NCBI GenBank assembly: GCA_009914755.4
Contig: CP068257.2
Coordinates: forward strand, 14,592,001-14,656,000
DNA from: the human T2T-CHM13v2.0 reference genome, Homo sapiens
Length of the DNA: 64,000 bases
Reading direction: 5' to 3'
A program made the translations under genes and the position numbers. Positions 29,310-44,350 of this stretch are shown in pieces (position 1 is the stretch's first letter; each line of letters begins with the position of its first letter). The notes beneath the pieces are model-generated. The model was given only the letters and a program-made list of their open reading frames with translations. It was not told the origin of the DNA and did not search any database.

Positions 29310-32300
29310 TCAACATTTCTGAGACTATATCTCTTAAATTTGTTTTGCAGCTCTCCAAGGACCAGTTGTTTCTCAAATAACTGGTCCTTGGGGAGCTCAG
29401 TGGATTGCCTGAAAAACTCTGATTGAGTTGGGGAAGATTTCTAACAGGATGGAATATTTGAGATTTACATAGGAATTTTCCAGGTGAAGAAGGGGAATAT
29501 GCCATTAGATCTACAAAGACTGTAATCCAGTAGTTGGGTACTAGAAGTAGAGATGAAAATTTCATTGGCTGTTAAGTTTTCAGCATCAATAATTAGAAGC
29601 ACACTGATACAGCCTGAAACAGGTAACAAGGACACTCACATAGAGTGGATCAAACAAGATAGAAATTTACTTCTCTTTCCTATCATGTCTGGAGGAAGAT
29701 AGGCCAACGAGAGCAGGCATGTGGCTCATCACCTTAAAGATATCTACCGCCTCAGATTCTTTCTATCTTATTATCAACCGTTTTTACATGAATGCGTGAA
29801 GCTTCCTGAACTGTCTGTATATTATGGCAGTAATAGACTATAAGCAGAAATTAATGATCATCTCTCTTTTTTTGTTCACACAAATCAGATTTTGAAACTT
29901 TAAGGTTTCTTAGGGAATTTATAGTTCTACAAAACACTTAGAAATGCTGCCTTCGGTTACGGTATCTCCATTAGGTTCCAATTCTTTGGTGTCAGGACAA
30001 TTTCTTACGTGTTTTGGAGCCCCTCTGCTATATAGCAGACTCTCAAAAATATGTAATAATAAGGGGAGAAAGAAAAGTAAGGAATATGACTTTCATGTAG
30101 ATTTGAAGTTGTAATTTCATTGATCTCGAAGAGTTGGAAGGATTTAGGTAATCTTATGCAGATAATGGTAATTTTAAAGAAAAGGTCTCATTATGTCATA
30201 GTCACTATGTGGACTAAATAAAAGGAAATAAATGAAAAGGTTGTGTTACAGTTATCATTCAAAAACATCCAAATGAAAAAAGTATTTTTTAAATCAGATA
30301 TGCATTTATTTTGGGGTGGATTTTGGCATTATGCACAAGTGTTCTCTTGAAAAGCAATTCATAGGACCCTAACTGAACTTTTGGATTATAACAGAGGTAA
30401 TGTCATTCTGCCAAAACACACTGAAATTAGCAAAAGCCAGTACCCTTACTAATTTGATTCTTATTAAGGGAATCCAAGTGATTGAAAACCTGAGATGAGA
30501 TTTAACTATTTCCGTCATCAAATTCATAACATAAAGGGGAAGCATAACATTGCCAGTTAGGAGAGGGTAAATTCAATTTGGAATTTTCCAGTAGTAGGAC
30601 AAAAAATAATAAACTCATTATTCTCTTCAGATTATTACCATTATTGCTGCTGTTGTTTTGAGTACAATGACTGCTTACTTGTGCTCTCTGACAGTATATA
30701 ACCAATTAGGGGATTTGAAATATAGGGAGTCATTTTTGAACAAGGAAAAGGCAGCATAGAATCTATCTATTTGCATATCTTCAAAAGGATTTATTTTTAT
30801 AGCTAGTTTACCCATTGCCTATTTACATACATGAGTTTGGACCAAATAATGTTCTAAAATCTATCCAAGTTTTTAAAAAATTCTGTTTGGAAATCAAATT
30901 TTGTACTAATTTTGTCAATTATTGTTGTAAAAATCTGAAATGCCAGACCTTTTATTTAAAATATCAACATGGGTATGAAAAATAATAACATGGGAAGATG
31001 GTATCTATCATTTGACGGGCTTTCATCAACCCTGTATGATACACTCCAATCCTATCATGAGCTCTTCGAAAAGGATTTAGTCTCTTTTTGTCAGATGAGG
31101 ATAACCCCAGACATTTAAGGAGCTGATGTTTTCTCAATTCCAGAAAAAGAATTGGAACTCAAATCTGTGAGGCACGAAAGTCCCGAAGCCCTCATTCTCC
31201 ACTGTTACAAATTTGCAGAAATCTGAGTGATATGAAAAATATTTATTTTTATTGATGCTTTATACACATATCCATATTACTTTACATACAATGAATACTT
31301 GTGTAAAATTATTTAAAATAAGGTGCTTCATATGTTCAGTGTTTTGTTTTTGACTAAATAAAATATTTATTGAATGCCATTTAAGAGCCCTGCTACATGT
31401 TGGGAATACAGTTGTAGGCACAAAAAGGCATGATTCTTACTTTTGGGGAGTAAATGGTCTTTAGGGATCATTTGGTTTTTGCACCATAGGTGAGCAGAAC
31501 ACCCAAAGCAATGAGTCAAAGTGGATGATATAATTTTTCTTATTCCCAAATGCAAATAAAATGTATCTTCTATAAAGCAGATCTGTAGTATTTCCAAGGA
31601 AAGTGTTATTTTCATTGAAAAACACATACCATGCTTTCTGTAGACTCTTAAATATCAATCTTCAAATTAAAAAAAAGGTTTTACTTCCACTGCCCTCCCC
31701 AACCAGCCCATGAACATGTGGCGCACACACCAGCAGAACACATACATACATAGAATCTGAAATAAACCTACATGTGAAATGACCAAATGGTGCATCTGGA
31801 TTAGAGTTTTAGACAGATCTGTGCTATTATTTAATTTGTTAGCATAATTATATTTTATGTTTTATTTTCTTACACTTAGGAATTTTTAAACTGTAAAAAC
31901 CTTATATTATATCATTACATTATTACCGACATACCTCATTACATTTATCAACTGGTTTTTTTTTTTCAGAATTTTCAAGAGTTGTAGCACATTCATAAGA
32001 TTTTGTGCCTGTTATTCTGTCTTGAATATTGGTGCAAATTTTGTATTTTCATTGCAAAATGCCAGCCTCTTAAGTAACTGTAACTCATCATATGACAGAT
32101 GGAATAAAATGGCTACCAGTAATGCAGAGTTAAGCTAGGAAATAGTTTAGCTTTTAGTGTTAATTTTACTTCAAGGAAATTAGAGCATTTTATACATTTA
32201 TAACCATCAGTCTTGGCTGAAATACTTAATGGAGGCATGATAACATATCTTGTACCTTTATAGATGTTGTAGCTCAAAATTATGTTTAAAAGTTGCTTTT

Positions 32301-34636
32301 CCAATTAGGAGATCCTAACTTCGTTGGCAAAGAAATAATACACGGTAAAACAAACAAACCACCAATATAGGCATTATGAAAGAGGAAAAACTTAATAATT
32401 GGCATTGCAAATGGGTAATTATCTAATTATCTACAGAAGAAAATGTTAAATGACATAATAAACAGAATTAGAAAAACTGGGCAAGATACAAATATTAGCT
32501 TTTCAGGTCAGACCATAGCACAAAAGGAGATAGCAAAGTAAGATTTCAGTTTGGGATTAAAACCTCTTAAAAAGGATTTTAAAAAGATCAATTAAATTTG
32601 GGCTTCAATTTCTCCATGAAATGCTACAATGTATGGGATTAAATATATACATTATTGATATGACTAGTTTAAAACTGTTCATGACATCTTACCTGAAGTT
32701 GTATCCCTCCTGGAAGACAAGAATGTAACAAATATTCTGAAAAAACTTCAGAAAGTATATTATTATTGGAATTATAATTATTTGATGAAATTCAATTAGT
32801 GTTTATTAATAATGAGCTTGACATAGAATGCATTATATAGACGGTCACCCAAGTGTCTAATCTTACACACTAAAATATACATGCTGGGAAATGAAGATAG
32901 GGAAAATATAATGATGGCAGAACATAACATTACCAAAATATAAATTGTCTCTAGAGATTATTGTATCTTCCACTGTTCCACAGAAAGAATAATTTTGATA
33001 TTCTATTGCACATTGATAGTCATGGGATCTCTTCAGGAATTTTTTTTTCTTATGATAATGCTTGTGTTCTCGTCTTACAAAATTTTAAGAAAATTTCTTG
33101 TGAAAATGTGCTACTCTCTAAGACAGGCTACTGTCTAATTGTTGCCAAGCACAAGCTATAACTATGATAATGAGATTGGCTTATTTCCTTTGTGTTTGTC
33201 ATTCAGACCTGTTTTAAAATCTTGCAGTTTTAGATGTCAAATAGTCTGTGATGTAAAATCACCTAGATGACATGTTTCCACACTTGTCATCAACATGAAA
33301 TAATCATATTTCAGCACAGCTCCTCTGTCATATGAGAATTATGTGCCACAGAATCCAGATCCTGGAAAACTACAGGACCCTAATGTGTGTGTTATCAGAT
33401 TAAAACACCTGAAAATTTAGAATTTATGCATAATTAGCCATTTCAAAGACTTCACAGAATGAAAATAATCTACTGGGCAAAACATAATATATATATATAT
33501 GAAATCAAACATTGAATGAACACATGCTTTGTGTCAGGCATTGCTCTAAATACTTTAAATATATTCTCATTTAACCTTTCAAATTCTTTATGGGTTGAGT
33601 ACTATTATCATTTCTATGTTATAGTTTGTAAATAGCTTCCAGAAGGTAAGGTCTAAAGTCACATTGCTAGTTTTTGGTTGAAAGGGACTCTGAACCCAGG
33701 CAAGCCAACTCCAGGGTTTGCACACTAATGTATAGCTATACTTTTAAGAAAACTATGATTACTAGATATTTCAATTATATTTCAAAGGTCTTAGGTAAGT
33801 TAATTGTAGAATTGGGATAATGTCTTGGGTTCTTGGAGTACACTGCAATCACCATGTTCAGCTCTTTAGGATAATATGACAAATTCTAGCCTGTGCACAA
33901 CTGTTTCTCTGCCGGGTACATTTTCAGCTGTTTCTCTCCTTAACCTCTGCAATAGTAATCCAATCACCCTGAGATTCCTCATAGGTATTATAGCACAGCA
34001 TTAAACACTAGCCAGTTTCACCAGGGCTTTACAATTCTTGTTATGCTCTATCTAGGAGAAAACAGAACCAGTTTTTTTTTCTTTTAACTTTTCATCACTG
34101 ATAGAGGCCTGGTCTGAAAGTTTTTTATCATTTGAACCTACAGAACTGGATTCTAGAATTTATAGTGCCTGCCAAGTTGTGTGTAACCCTCGTGCTGGTT
34201 CTTGGGTTCTAATTGCTGCTGCATTCAACCCAACCTCCTGGCACCCCATTTGGACATTCTACATGGAACAATCAATTTCCCACCTTAGAATCTAAATTCT
34301 GATTATTTTAATCCGTGTTGGCTCTCCTTGTCCAGGCTCCCCCTGCCCATGGTTCTGATGTCCCAAAAGGCTTTCATACAGAATGCTGCTACGTAGCAAA
34401 ATAACTTTTATAATAGTTCTTGACTTGGATCTGCTATTTGGCTGTAGGTCTGTGAACCCTAACATTACCTGCAACATTATATGCATGTTCATAAGCACAT
34501 TTTTTTTTTTCTGAGCAGGGCCTAGAGTTTTAATTTTTTTCTTTCAAAGGTGTCTGTAATCCAATAATACTTAAAACCACTGCTACTAACAGATACAAAG
34601 CAAAAGAGAAGGGTGGTTTCTTGTTTTGACACCTGT

Positions 34637-35034
34637 GTTAGTCCATTTTGTGTGGCCATAACAAAATAGCACAAAGTGAGTAATTTATGAAGAACAGAAA
34701 TTTACTCTCTCAAAATTCTGGAGGCTGTAAGTCCAAGATCAAGACTCCAGCAGGTTCAGTGTCTCTGACGGCTGCTGTCCATTTCCAAGATGGTACTTCC
34801 TTGCTGCATCCTCCAGAGGGGAGGAACACTGGGTCTTCATGTGGCAGGAGGCTGAAGGGCAAGAAATCCTAATGCTACATGAAGCGTTAATCCCCTTAAT
34901 CCCATTTACAAGGGGAGGAGCCCTCATGGCCTAACCAGTTTTTAAAGTCCCTACCTCTTAATACATCACATTAAACATTAAGTTTCAACATTTAAATTTG
35001 GAATTTTGGGTAGTATATATTCAAACCATAGCAA
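34637..35034 (+). mobile_element. ERVL-MaLR solo LTR, MLT1-type, second copy
   Basis: The element contains gttagtccattttgtgtggccataacaaaatagcacaaagtgagtaatttatgaagaacagaaatttactctctcaaaattctggaggctgtaagtccaagatcaagactccagcag...ttaatccccttaatcccatttacaaggggaggagccctcatggcctaacc...catcacattaaacattaagtttcaacatttaaatttggaattttggg. It is collinear with the copies at 10075 and 40915. Confidence 0.6.
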
Positions 35035-36680
35035 CCCCTGAATTAAATTATTTAAACATAAAGCAATATGTTCCTGAAATTACTATTTCACATGTTTAAT
35101 ATGTGCATGTGACTACTGGCTAACGTATTGAACAGCACAGCTTATAGCAATAAGTGATGTTGTGCAAGTTTAAAATATGGTGGCAGAGAGTAATATTGCA
35201 ACTGGGCTTTTGATTGTTTGTGAGAACCCAGTATTAACAGTCATATGAACAGTAGAGTATGCCTACTAAGAAGGTATAGTTAAACATTATTGTACATGTT
35301 TGAGTCTAAGAAATGCTAGCTGCATTTGATCTATATCAATGCCATATGGGTTTTTAAAAATCATGTATTGAATGTGATTTTCAAGTGGTTCAATGATGTA
35401 ACAGTGTTGGTAGGGTGATACTTTATAGAAATAAAGTAAATTGTGTAATTGAATTCAGTAGGAATTCATAAGTTCTGAAAATGTGGTAATAGTCTACAAA
35501 CCTTGAAATAAAGTGTAAAATATCACAGCTTTAAACAATGCTGGAATTGGTAAATATTGTTATGAAGACAGTAACAAAACATACTAAATAATTGATAAAG
35601 CTATAAAAACAAATATGAATATAGTATGTTATAAGTAGTGGTTACTAGAGAGCAGATGATAATATACATTATATTTAAACATATCTCTATAGAGTCAACA
35701 AAATAAAATAAACATTTTGGTAAAAATTACGTAAGCAACAAAATGAATTAGAGTGTATCTCTGCCTCATTACAAGTATAACAATAAATATTTTACAAACA
35801 ACTGTTAGAAATCATGTGATAAAATAATAGACGTTAAGGAACTGCAATATTTTCATCCATATTAGTAAATCAGGAGCATCAGGAAAAAAGAGAATAAGTG
35901 TTAATCAAACTGATAGATCATTGGATATCCTTATGAAGGTTGTATTTGCAGCATCAGGTAGAGTTCAGCTCTTCCTGTGACGGGTAAAGTCTTTATCTCT
36001 ATTTTTCTCCCAAGTGTTGACCTTCCAAGATATTATTCTGCAAATCTCTTAGCAAGCACATTTCTGACTTGTACAGCATTGAGCTTAAATCTGTATTGGA
36101 ACAACATTTCAACCGTATTTGAGTCATAGATTATGTTAGTAAAATGTTTATGTTTAAAATTTTTAGGGAAAAGCACCATTCTACTTCTAATTCACAGTGT
36201 AGGTGATGACTTATATTTGTAGGAAAAGTAAAGCTACAGCGCGGTGTTTTCTCTAGTATTGCTCTACCGTCAGAGAGTATTACCCTATTATTGTTCTCTT
36301 TAAATACAGGGTAATATTTGGCTGTGTTCTATAATGCCAACAAATACTTCACCTTAAAGGGCATTTTGGAAAAGTTCTTGTCAAGATTGGTTGACATTAT
36401 TATAATCAAATTAAAGTTTTCCTTGAATAAAAACATCATATACTGAGAGAAAAGAAAAGGATATTTGACGGATAAATGTTGCTTCCATCTTGTTAAAGAG
36501 TCTTTACCATTCCTTTTATAAAAATCTCAGTATTAAGAGTCATGGTCTCTTTAGAACATTGCCTTAAAGTTATCTGTAACAATAAGCATTCCTATGAACT
36601 ATTAGTTTTAAATAGAGTGAAAAGATGTTTCTTTCAAATAATTTTTCTTTGTTGCCAAATTCCCAAACTTTCTTTCAGTC

Positions 36681-36770
36681 AAAAAAAAAAAAAAAAAAAA
36701 AACCACAGGGCAACACACACACAGAGACAGAGAGGGAGAAGAGAGACAGAGACAGAGAGAGAGAGCGAGA
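36681..36770. repeat. Poly-A run of 22 nt followed by an imperfect (CA)n/(GA)n microsatellite
   Basis: A run of 22 A residues is followed by ccacagggcaacacacacacagagacagagagggagaagagagacagagacagagagagagagcgag. Confidence 0.85.
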
Positions 36771-37021
36771 ATTCACAGAGGGACTGAATGAATGTCCAAG
36801 ATCTTGATATAACGCAAGGGAAATTGAACTGATAATCTTCACCTGTTTGTCCTGTCAGTTTACAAAAATATAGGCTTTGAGCTCAGGCACCATGGATTGG
36901 GATCCCATCTCTACCTTTTACTTACTGTCATTTAACCACTATAGGTCTCAGTTTTCACACCTTTTAAATGCAGAGAAAGTAGTAATTCCATCATAAAGGC
37001 AAAGATCTTATGCCTTATTTA

Positions 37022-37395
<374 letters not shown>

Positions 37396-38668
37396 GTTGA
37401 AGAAAATATTATGGATATTTATGAATATAAATATTCATAATAAAATAAAATGTTTATGAATGCAATTGAATAACATAACCAACAGATGCTAGGACAACAG
37501 CCAACAGGTGACTATTTGGTAATAATGATAGTTAATTATGCTTCCACTTACTAAGTTATTCTTGTTAATTTAAGCATCGTTTAAACTACATTTTGTATGA
37601 AATGGGTGTATTATTTTATTTCTTACATTCTACTTCAACTGGTTATCTTATATTTATATTGTTGTGTTTCAGCTAGATATGCTGTTGTGTTAGAACATAC
37701 ACTGTTATACACGATATATCTAGAACCTGTATTTTAGCAAACTTTTTGTTTCAGAAAGATAATAGAACTTTTTTCATTATTATACATAAAGTATGCTTTT
37801 TTTCTCCTGTGCTAAAACCTAAAGATTCTGCTTTAATTTTGGCTAAATTATTTTTTTCCCATCACTATCTATATTTAGAGCTTACTTCTGAGTTGTAGTT
37901 GGAAGAATTAAATGTGGGAGAGTATGTTTTGCCAAACCCAATCAGAAGGACTGCCTGGACTCTGTACATGAGCCTGTTGTGACCTGATTCTCATGTATTC
38001 TCGACACAATGCTGAAGGTCCAAAGCCCTGGCACTTCTAGGGAGCAAATACCTCCAGAGTTGAGTAAACCTGAATCAGGAACACTTTCTCTGACTGAATT
38101 CTACCTCAACAATATGCATATTCAAAAAAGAAAAGGTAACATCCTTGGAAAATATGTGCTGGGAACTGCCATATTCAAAATACTTCTAAAATAAATGGAG
38201 AGTTTTTTTTTTTTTTTTTAAACCAGGAAAAAAACTCTTGTGAAGAATTAGTTTCTAAGTTTTTGGTTTCTAAGTAGTTTCTAAGTTTTCTTTGTATTTT
38301 ATTGATCTCAAATGTTGTTGGGTTTTATACATCACGTAACTTTTGATGTTACTTATAGAATACTCTAATTCTATCATTAGATGTGTTTATTTCTGAAAAG
38401 TGAGTGATTGTTGAATAGAATCCCATTAGCAACATTAATGTTACAATTTAAAGACAATAATTTCTTGTAGAACTATGACGAGGATACAAGTTTTGCAATG
38501 TTAAACATTTTTGGAGGTGTACTTCCCTTGAGTGGGCACAGTTTTAGTCATTTTGATCTATTTTTAAGCTTCAGTTTGAAAAAGTCATACCTCATTTGTC
38601 CTTATAAATATTTATGTCATCTTATAACCAAATTAACTCCTAGATTTTCATTTGAAATAACTCACTTT

Positions 38669-38970
<302 letters not shown>

Positions 38971-40914
38971 TCACTTCAATAGTATACACTGCAAAAGCAT
39001 AACTATAAAATGGAATAAGACTTTATATGTTTTGCTTGACATTTTATATGCCTTATATATAACTTTTTTTACTTAAATGAGAATAGAATACAATATTTAA
39101 ACCAATAGCAAGGATGGACTATATGTACAAATCTTCACTATGAGCTTCAAAGGAATGTGTACTAATTGGAAAAACAGAAATAAGGCTAGACATAGAGGAT
39201 TCTGTTATGTCTCCTCCGAGTGACTAAATGGCTTCACAATATTACATATAGAACCTGCAGATGTAGCCCATTATTGACAAATATTATGGTTATTTTGATA
39301 TAAATATTTTGATATTATTTTGGTTATTATCATTTTGGTATCATCTTTATGGCTCAAATAAGTTTTCCAATTTTCCTTGAAACATCTTTAACCCTCCTTA
39401 AACATCCATTTATAAGCAAAGAAGCATATCGTCTCCCATTACCATGTTGGTCCACCTTCAGAACATTAAAAATAACTCATTAATGTAGTCTTCCACCTAA
39501 AGAGTTCTTCTCTAATTTTCTTTAAAAAGTTCTTTAATAAGTTGAATTACTTCACCAGTTAAATTTTAATGTATTTGAGGGCGAACCCCATATTCTTCTT
39601 TTTTTTAGTATCTATTATGATCAATGAAATGTTTCTGTTTCATTGATTATATTAGACTTTTTGTTCGTATGGTGCCTATTTAAACACTGTATTAATAGCA
39701 GTTAATATATATTGAATGGTTAACATTTCCCAATAACGTTCTGGCATCTGTAGTAACTGACTTAATTCTCACCCTAATCCTTTGAGATCACACCTATTTT
39801 ACAGACAAGAAAACCAATAAGAAGGATTATTAATTTGCCCAAAACCAATCAGCTATTAAGTGGCCATACTTTTTTTGACCCCCTAGAGTCTGGTTCCAGG
39901 GCCCCATGCTTTTCACTGCCTTAGTGTTTCTAAATTCATCTTCCTAAATATAGGACAAAACCTGAACCCTCCTGAAAGAGCAGTATAAAGTACAAAGGAG
40001 AGAGAAAAGATTGAGCAAAGGGAATAAAACTGCGAGTATGCCAGTTGAGCAAGCCACACGGTAATTTAACATAAGCCACCTGAAGCCAGGGTGAAAATCA
40101 AGGGTGGAAGCACACACACTTCTTGTGATGTGACAGGATGATTCATACCAGTCACTTTTAAAGCACTGTGTAATGAGCAGAGTCCTTAGAAACATCTTAG
40201 CATCAGATCAAGATACTGCTATTCCTCATACTGATTGATCTTTACTGATGTTTTAGACATTATATTTTAAAAATTCTGTGAAAGTGATTCCACGAGGGCA
40301 TTAAGATTGTGCAAATCCAAATATATAGACTTCTGCTGCCTTTATTAAACTGAAAGAATTTTAGGAAGCCTAGAGAAATGTGATGAAAATGATGATGTTG
40401 GTCATGGTCATGATGAAGAATCTTGCCAGTTTACTAGCATCAAGTATAAATTACAATCTTTTGATGTCAGTGATGTTATTTTAGAGCTCAGGAAACTGGA
40501 TCTTGGACAGGCCAAGGGGCACATAAGGTCAAAGAGCAAGTAGGTCCCTGAAGCTCAATCAGCATCTAGACCCTTACTCAAAAATCTATACTCTTCATCC
40601 TTACACTATAGATTTTTTCTCAAATCGGAATTTTGAAGGAAAATAACTACATGAGAAATTAACCATTATACTCTCTAGTTTAGGTATGTAATTGATAATT
40701 TTGATTAAAGACAGATCTACAAGCTATCCAGCAGGTGGGTGGTAAGGTTAACATTTTATAACAGAAGCAGGGACAAATATTGAAGTACTTACCTACTTCA
40801 CCTGGCTCTACTGGAAGGGAGAAGATACCAAGCAAAACAAAATTATCCTTAGAATGAAGTTCTGGTTTATTTCAACTTGCTATTGTTGTTATTGCTGGTT
40901 TTAACATGTGATAA

Positions 40915-41305
40915 CATTAGTTTGTTTGGGCTGCTATAATTAAATACCATAGATTAGGCAGCTTAAACAATAGAAATTTGTTTTCACACGGTTGTAGAGG
41001 TTAGAAGTCATGATCAAGGGCTTTGGTTTCTGGCAAGGGCTCTCTTTCTGGCTTGTAGATGTCCGTCTTCCTATGGCCTCATATGGCTTTTCCTCCATAT
41101 GTGTGTGCACAGAAAGAAAAAGAGTGAATTCTCTCTTGTCTGTTCTTATAAGGACGCTAATACTGTTGGATCAGAGTCCCATCATTATGACCTCGTTTAA
41201 CCTTCATTACTTCTTTAGAGGTTCCATCCCTGCGTATAGTCACACTGCGGGTTAGGGCTTCAACATGTAAATTTTAAGAGGATACAAACATTCAGTCCAT
41301 AACAA
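40915..41305 (+). mobile_element. ERVL-MaLR solo LTR, MLT1-type, third copy
   Basis: The element contains cattagtttgtttgggctgctataattaaataccatagattaggcagcttaaacaatagaaatttgttttcacacggttgtagaggttagaagtcatgatcaagg...ttcttataaggacgctaatactgttggatcagagtcccatcattatgacctcgtttaaccttcattacttctttagaggttccatccctgcgtatagtcacactgcgggttagggcttcaacatgtaaattttaagaggatacaaacattcagtccataaca. Confidence 0.65.
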
Positions 41306-43199
41306 TATGAAAACCTCAACTTGTCTCTAGGTTTATCAGAGGCTCTCTAAAAGCTTTGTTAAACCTCGTAGCATGGAGTCACATTGCTATCTATATTCTC
41401 GTTGTAAATACACACATCCAGATTCAAGTTGTCAATTGCTTCCACCCTTTACCACCTCCAAGCTATTCTTGGGGCCACATTCTCTCGCTTTGGCTCCCAG
41501 AGTTTCAGGCAGAAAAGAGAGTGCTATTGGTTGCCACTTCTCAAGCCCTCCAGTAACATCTACATTCAACTTTGCCTCCTCCTCCACCTTGTTATGAATT
41601 GCAAGACCCCATGAAAATCAATGGAACACATTCCTTAGAAAAAGAATGGGGAGCCCTACTCTAGAACTTCACTAATATTTTGAAGAGCAAATTCTTCAAG
41701 GGAATGGTCAAACCAATAATTTCTGCTTCTCAGAAAATACTTGTCACAATAGAAATTGAGGTTTGATAATACAGATTCTGTCCTAAAATATTATGATTCC
41801 TTTGGTGATTAATGAAAGTAAACTATCACATTAACATTTTGATGTGATATAACTCATTAACATATAGTCTTATGAAAAAAATTATTGATTTTTACATAGC
41901 CATACTAAATATTAAACTCACTACTATAAAATTAGCTTATTGTTTAATTATTCCACAAAAGAGGAATATATATTTCAGATCATTTTCCATTTTCTAAAAT
42001 AGCCCTTTTCACATATTTGCGTAACTGCAAGTATGTCTTCAGCATCCATTGATTTACTGATTTTATATATTTAAAGGCAAATTTTTTAGGTATATTTGAA
42101 GAGCCATTGGACTTTCTATGCTTTCAGAAACAGTAGAATGCATATTAATTATAATAATAATTTATATCAATGCTGAATAATAATATTGAACTTTATATTA
42201 CAATTATGGTTCCAATATGTATTTCATAAATTTCTAAATCTTAATACCTAAATAGAATGCTATGAGGCACTGGAATGTTTAATACACAACTAAATTTTCT
42301 TTCTTTTGAAAATTTGTCAAATTTCTGTGACTCAAATTTGATAGAAGAGAATTCTTTGACCTACTGGTTCCTATGATTCACATACGAAGGGTGATACCTA
42401 TGGGTATAGAGCAAATGCGTGTTTTATTTATAATAGCAACTTTGTTTTAGATAAATTCAGTGAAATAATAAATGTATATGACTTTTTTATGTGAATGGTT
42501 AAGGAATGATTTTATGTTTCTTTTATTTTACCTCTTTAAAAAAGAAATCATATGTTTGAGAGTTTGTGCATTTCTATCTTCTTAAATATTAACAACATTT
42601 CTGGATATATGGTTATAGAGGTTTGCATAATATTTAGTCAAATCAGATTTATTTATATGTACTTTAGAAGTATTCTTTTTAAACAGTATTCAACTTTCTC
42701 TGACATATGCAGCTGCAGCAAAAAACGTTTACTGAAAGATACCTTGGAATCATTTGTGTACAGAGTTTAAAAGTTAATGTTGTCTTATTTACCAAAATAA
42801 AATAAGAAAATAAAGATTTGATAGGGCCAGAATGTTAATTAGACTAGAAAATGCAACTTTTTATTCTGTAAATAGATCAGAGTGTGTTAAAGCAATCTGA
42901 AAATCTGAAGCATAAATGTAGAAAAAATTTTAAACTTCTTTACTCTTTGTTAACTCATCAAGTTGAAATGAAAGTTAAGTGCATTTAAAGGCATTTTCAG
43001 TAGAAAACAGCTTTTCTTTGGGAGCTGCTGGGCAAACATCCTTTTTTTAATGAAATAGATATTGTATATTATTTATGATAAAGGTAAATAAATACAGATA
43101 AAGCACTTAGATGAAAAAAATAGACTGCAAACACTGTTATACATTCACTTGTAGGTTCTTAAGTCATTTTTTTTGTTCTTTTGTTCTGTAATTGATTGC

Positions 43200-44350
43200 T
43201 AGCACCCCCTTTAACCCACCTTAAAGGGCAAGCAGGAAATTCATGTTTTCGTTCATCAGCCCATCCCTCTGAAAAGCGTTCGATATTAAAACAGTTTTCA
43301 AGGAGCAAAAGCAGAGGAAAGAAGAGGCCCAGCTAGACTGTAGCAAGGTTAGAAGATACACGCAAGATTGCCTGCCACACACATCGGGTCTTGTTCCTGT
43401 CCAGTATTTGCATGGAGATATCAAGTTAATTAGGGTAGGACTCTGTTCTTCGCTTTCTATGTGACCTTTTATTATATCTGTGGCTCTCTAGTTCATATGG
43501 TGTCATAAAGCTATGGGAAAGTCTTTCTAGTGTTTGACACAAACTGCAAAAGAAATAAGCATTGATATTTCCCTTTGCCTGAAGGTTTTTACAGCAGCAA
43601 AATACTGCAGAGGCAAAGTTGATATTGTGGTAGATTTGCTGTGGGTGTAAGAATGTTTCTTTTGTCTTTCGGCTCCCCGCTTCCCCCGATGATGATCAGG
43701 TGCGACCTAGAGAGTTGTGGAGAGGAATGGGGTATTGGTTGGGGAGGGGGTGCGGGTTAGTTCAGGAGGAGGTTACATGGCGGAATTCCCACGAATGCTG
43801 GCGAAGGATGAAAAAGATGAAGAAATCTTGTTTTTCTGAACGAGAGGATTCTCTGCATGACTTCCCCACTGTTGGGGTGATGAGCTTTCAGGCTGAGATT
43901 TTATTAACAATTCATATGGAGATTGAGGGCAGTGGAGGAGCAGATTCTCACATAAACTTGATCTGTCCATGAATGCAGTTCTCTGTTTGCCCTGACCCTG
44001 CATGGCTTAAGACACTGCCTGTGAGGCCAGTGTGCCAGACACAAAGAAAGAAATGAAAAGCAAGCACATTCCAGGAGTCTGCACAAAGGAGCCCGGCCGT
44101 TTCTAGTCGTCTCCCCAGAGAGGATCTTATCTCTGCACAGCCAAAAACCTCTAAAATGTTTATTTGTGTACTTAAAGTTTTAAAATCCATGTGGCTGTTC
44201 ATTAAGCAACAGTCAATAGAGAGGTTTTGTGAGGTTTTAAAATGTTGTTTTCTGAACTTGTTGAAACTGGAAAAATATTTGCAAGGGTACATTTTCTGAA
44301 GTTTAGCTTTAGAAGTCACTGGCCTTGAGTTGTTTTTACTTTGTCAATTG
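43200..44350. promoter_or_regulatory. Candidate conserved non-coding or regulatory element: a non-repeat, CpG-retaining, locally GC-rich block carrying an octamer motif and a homeobox-like motif
   Basis: I count roughly 17 CpG dinucleotides in about 1 kb, for example aagcgttcgat, ttcggctccccgcttcccccgatgatg, ggcggaattcccacgaatgctggcgaagg and agcccggccgtttctagtcgtctcc. The flanking DNA is CpG-depleted. A GC-rich core of about 58% GC lies at roughly 43650-43830. The motifs ATTTGCAT (at about 43406) and TAATTAG (at about 43427) are present. No repeat signature and no convincing ORF is seen. Confidence 0.25.

Noticed and set aside
43948-44319. The longest ORF in the window (123 aa, minus strand) and the overlapping 90-aa plus-strand ORF at 43700-43972.
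   Set aside because: I can identify no start context, splice architecture or protein family. In primate DNA an ORF of this length is expected by chance. The region is more plausibly regulatory than coding.
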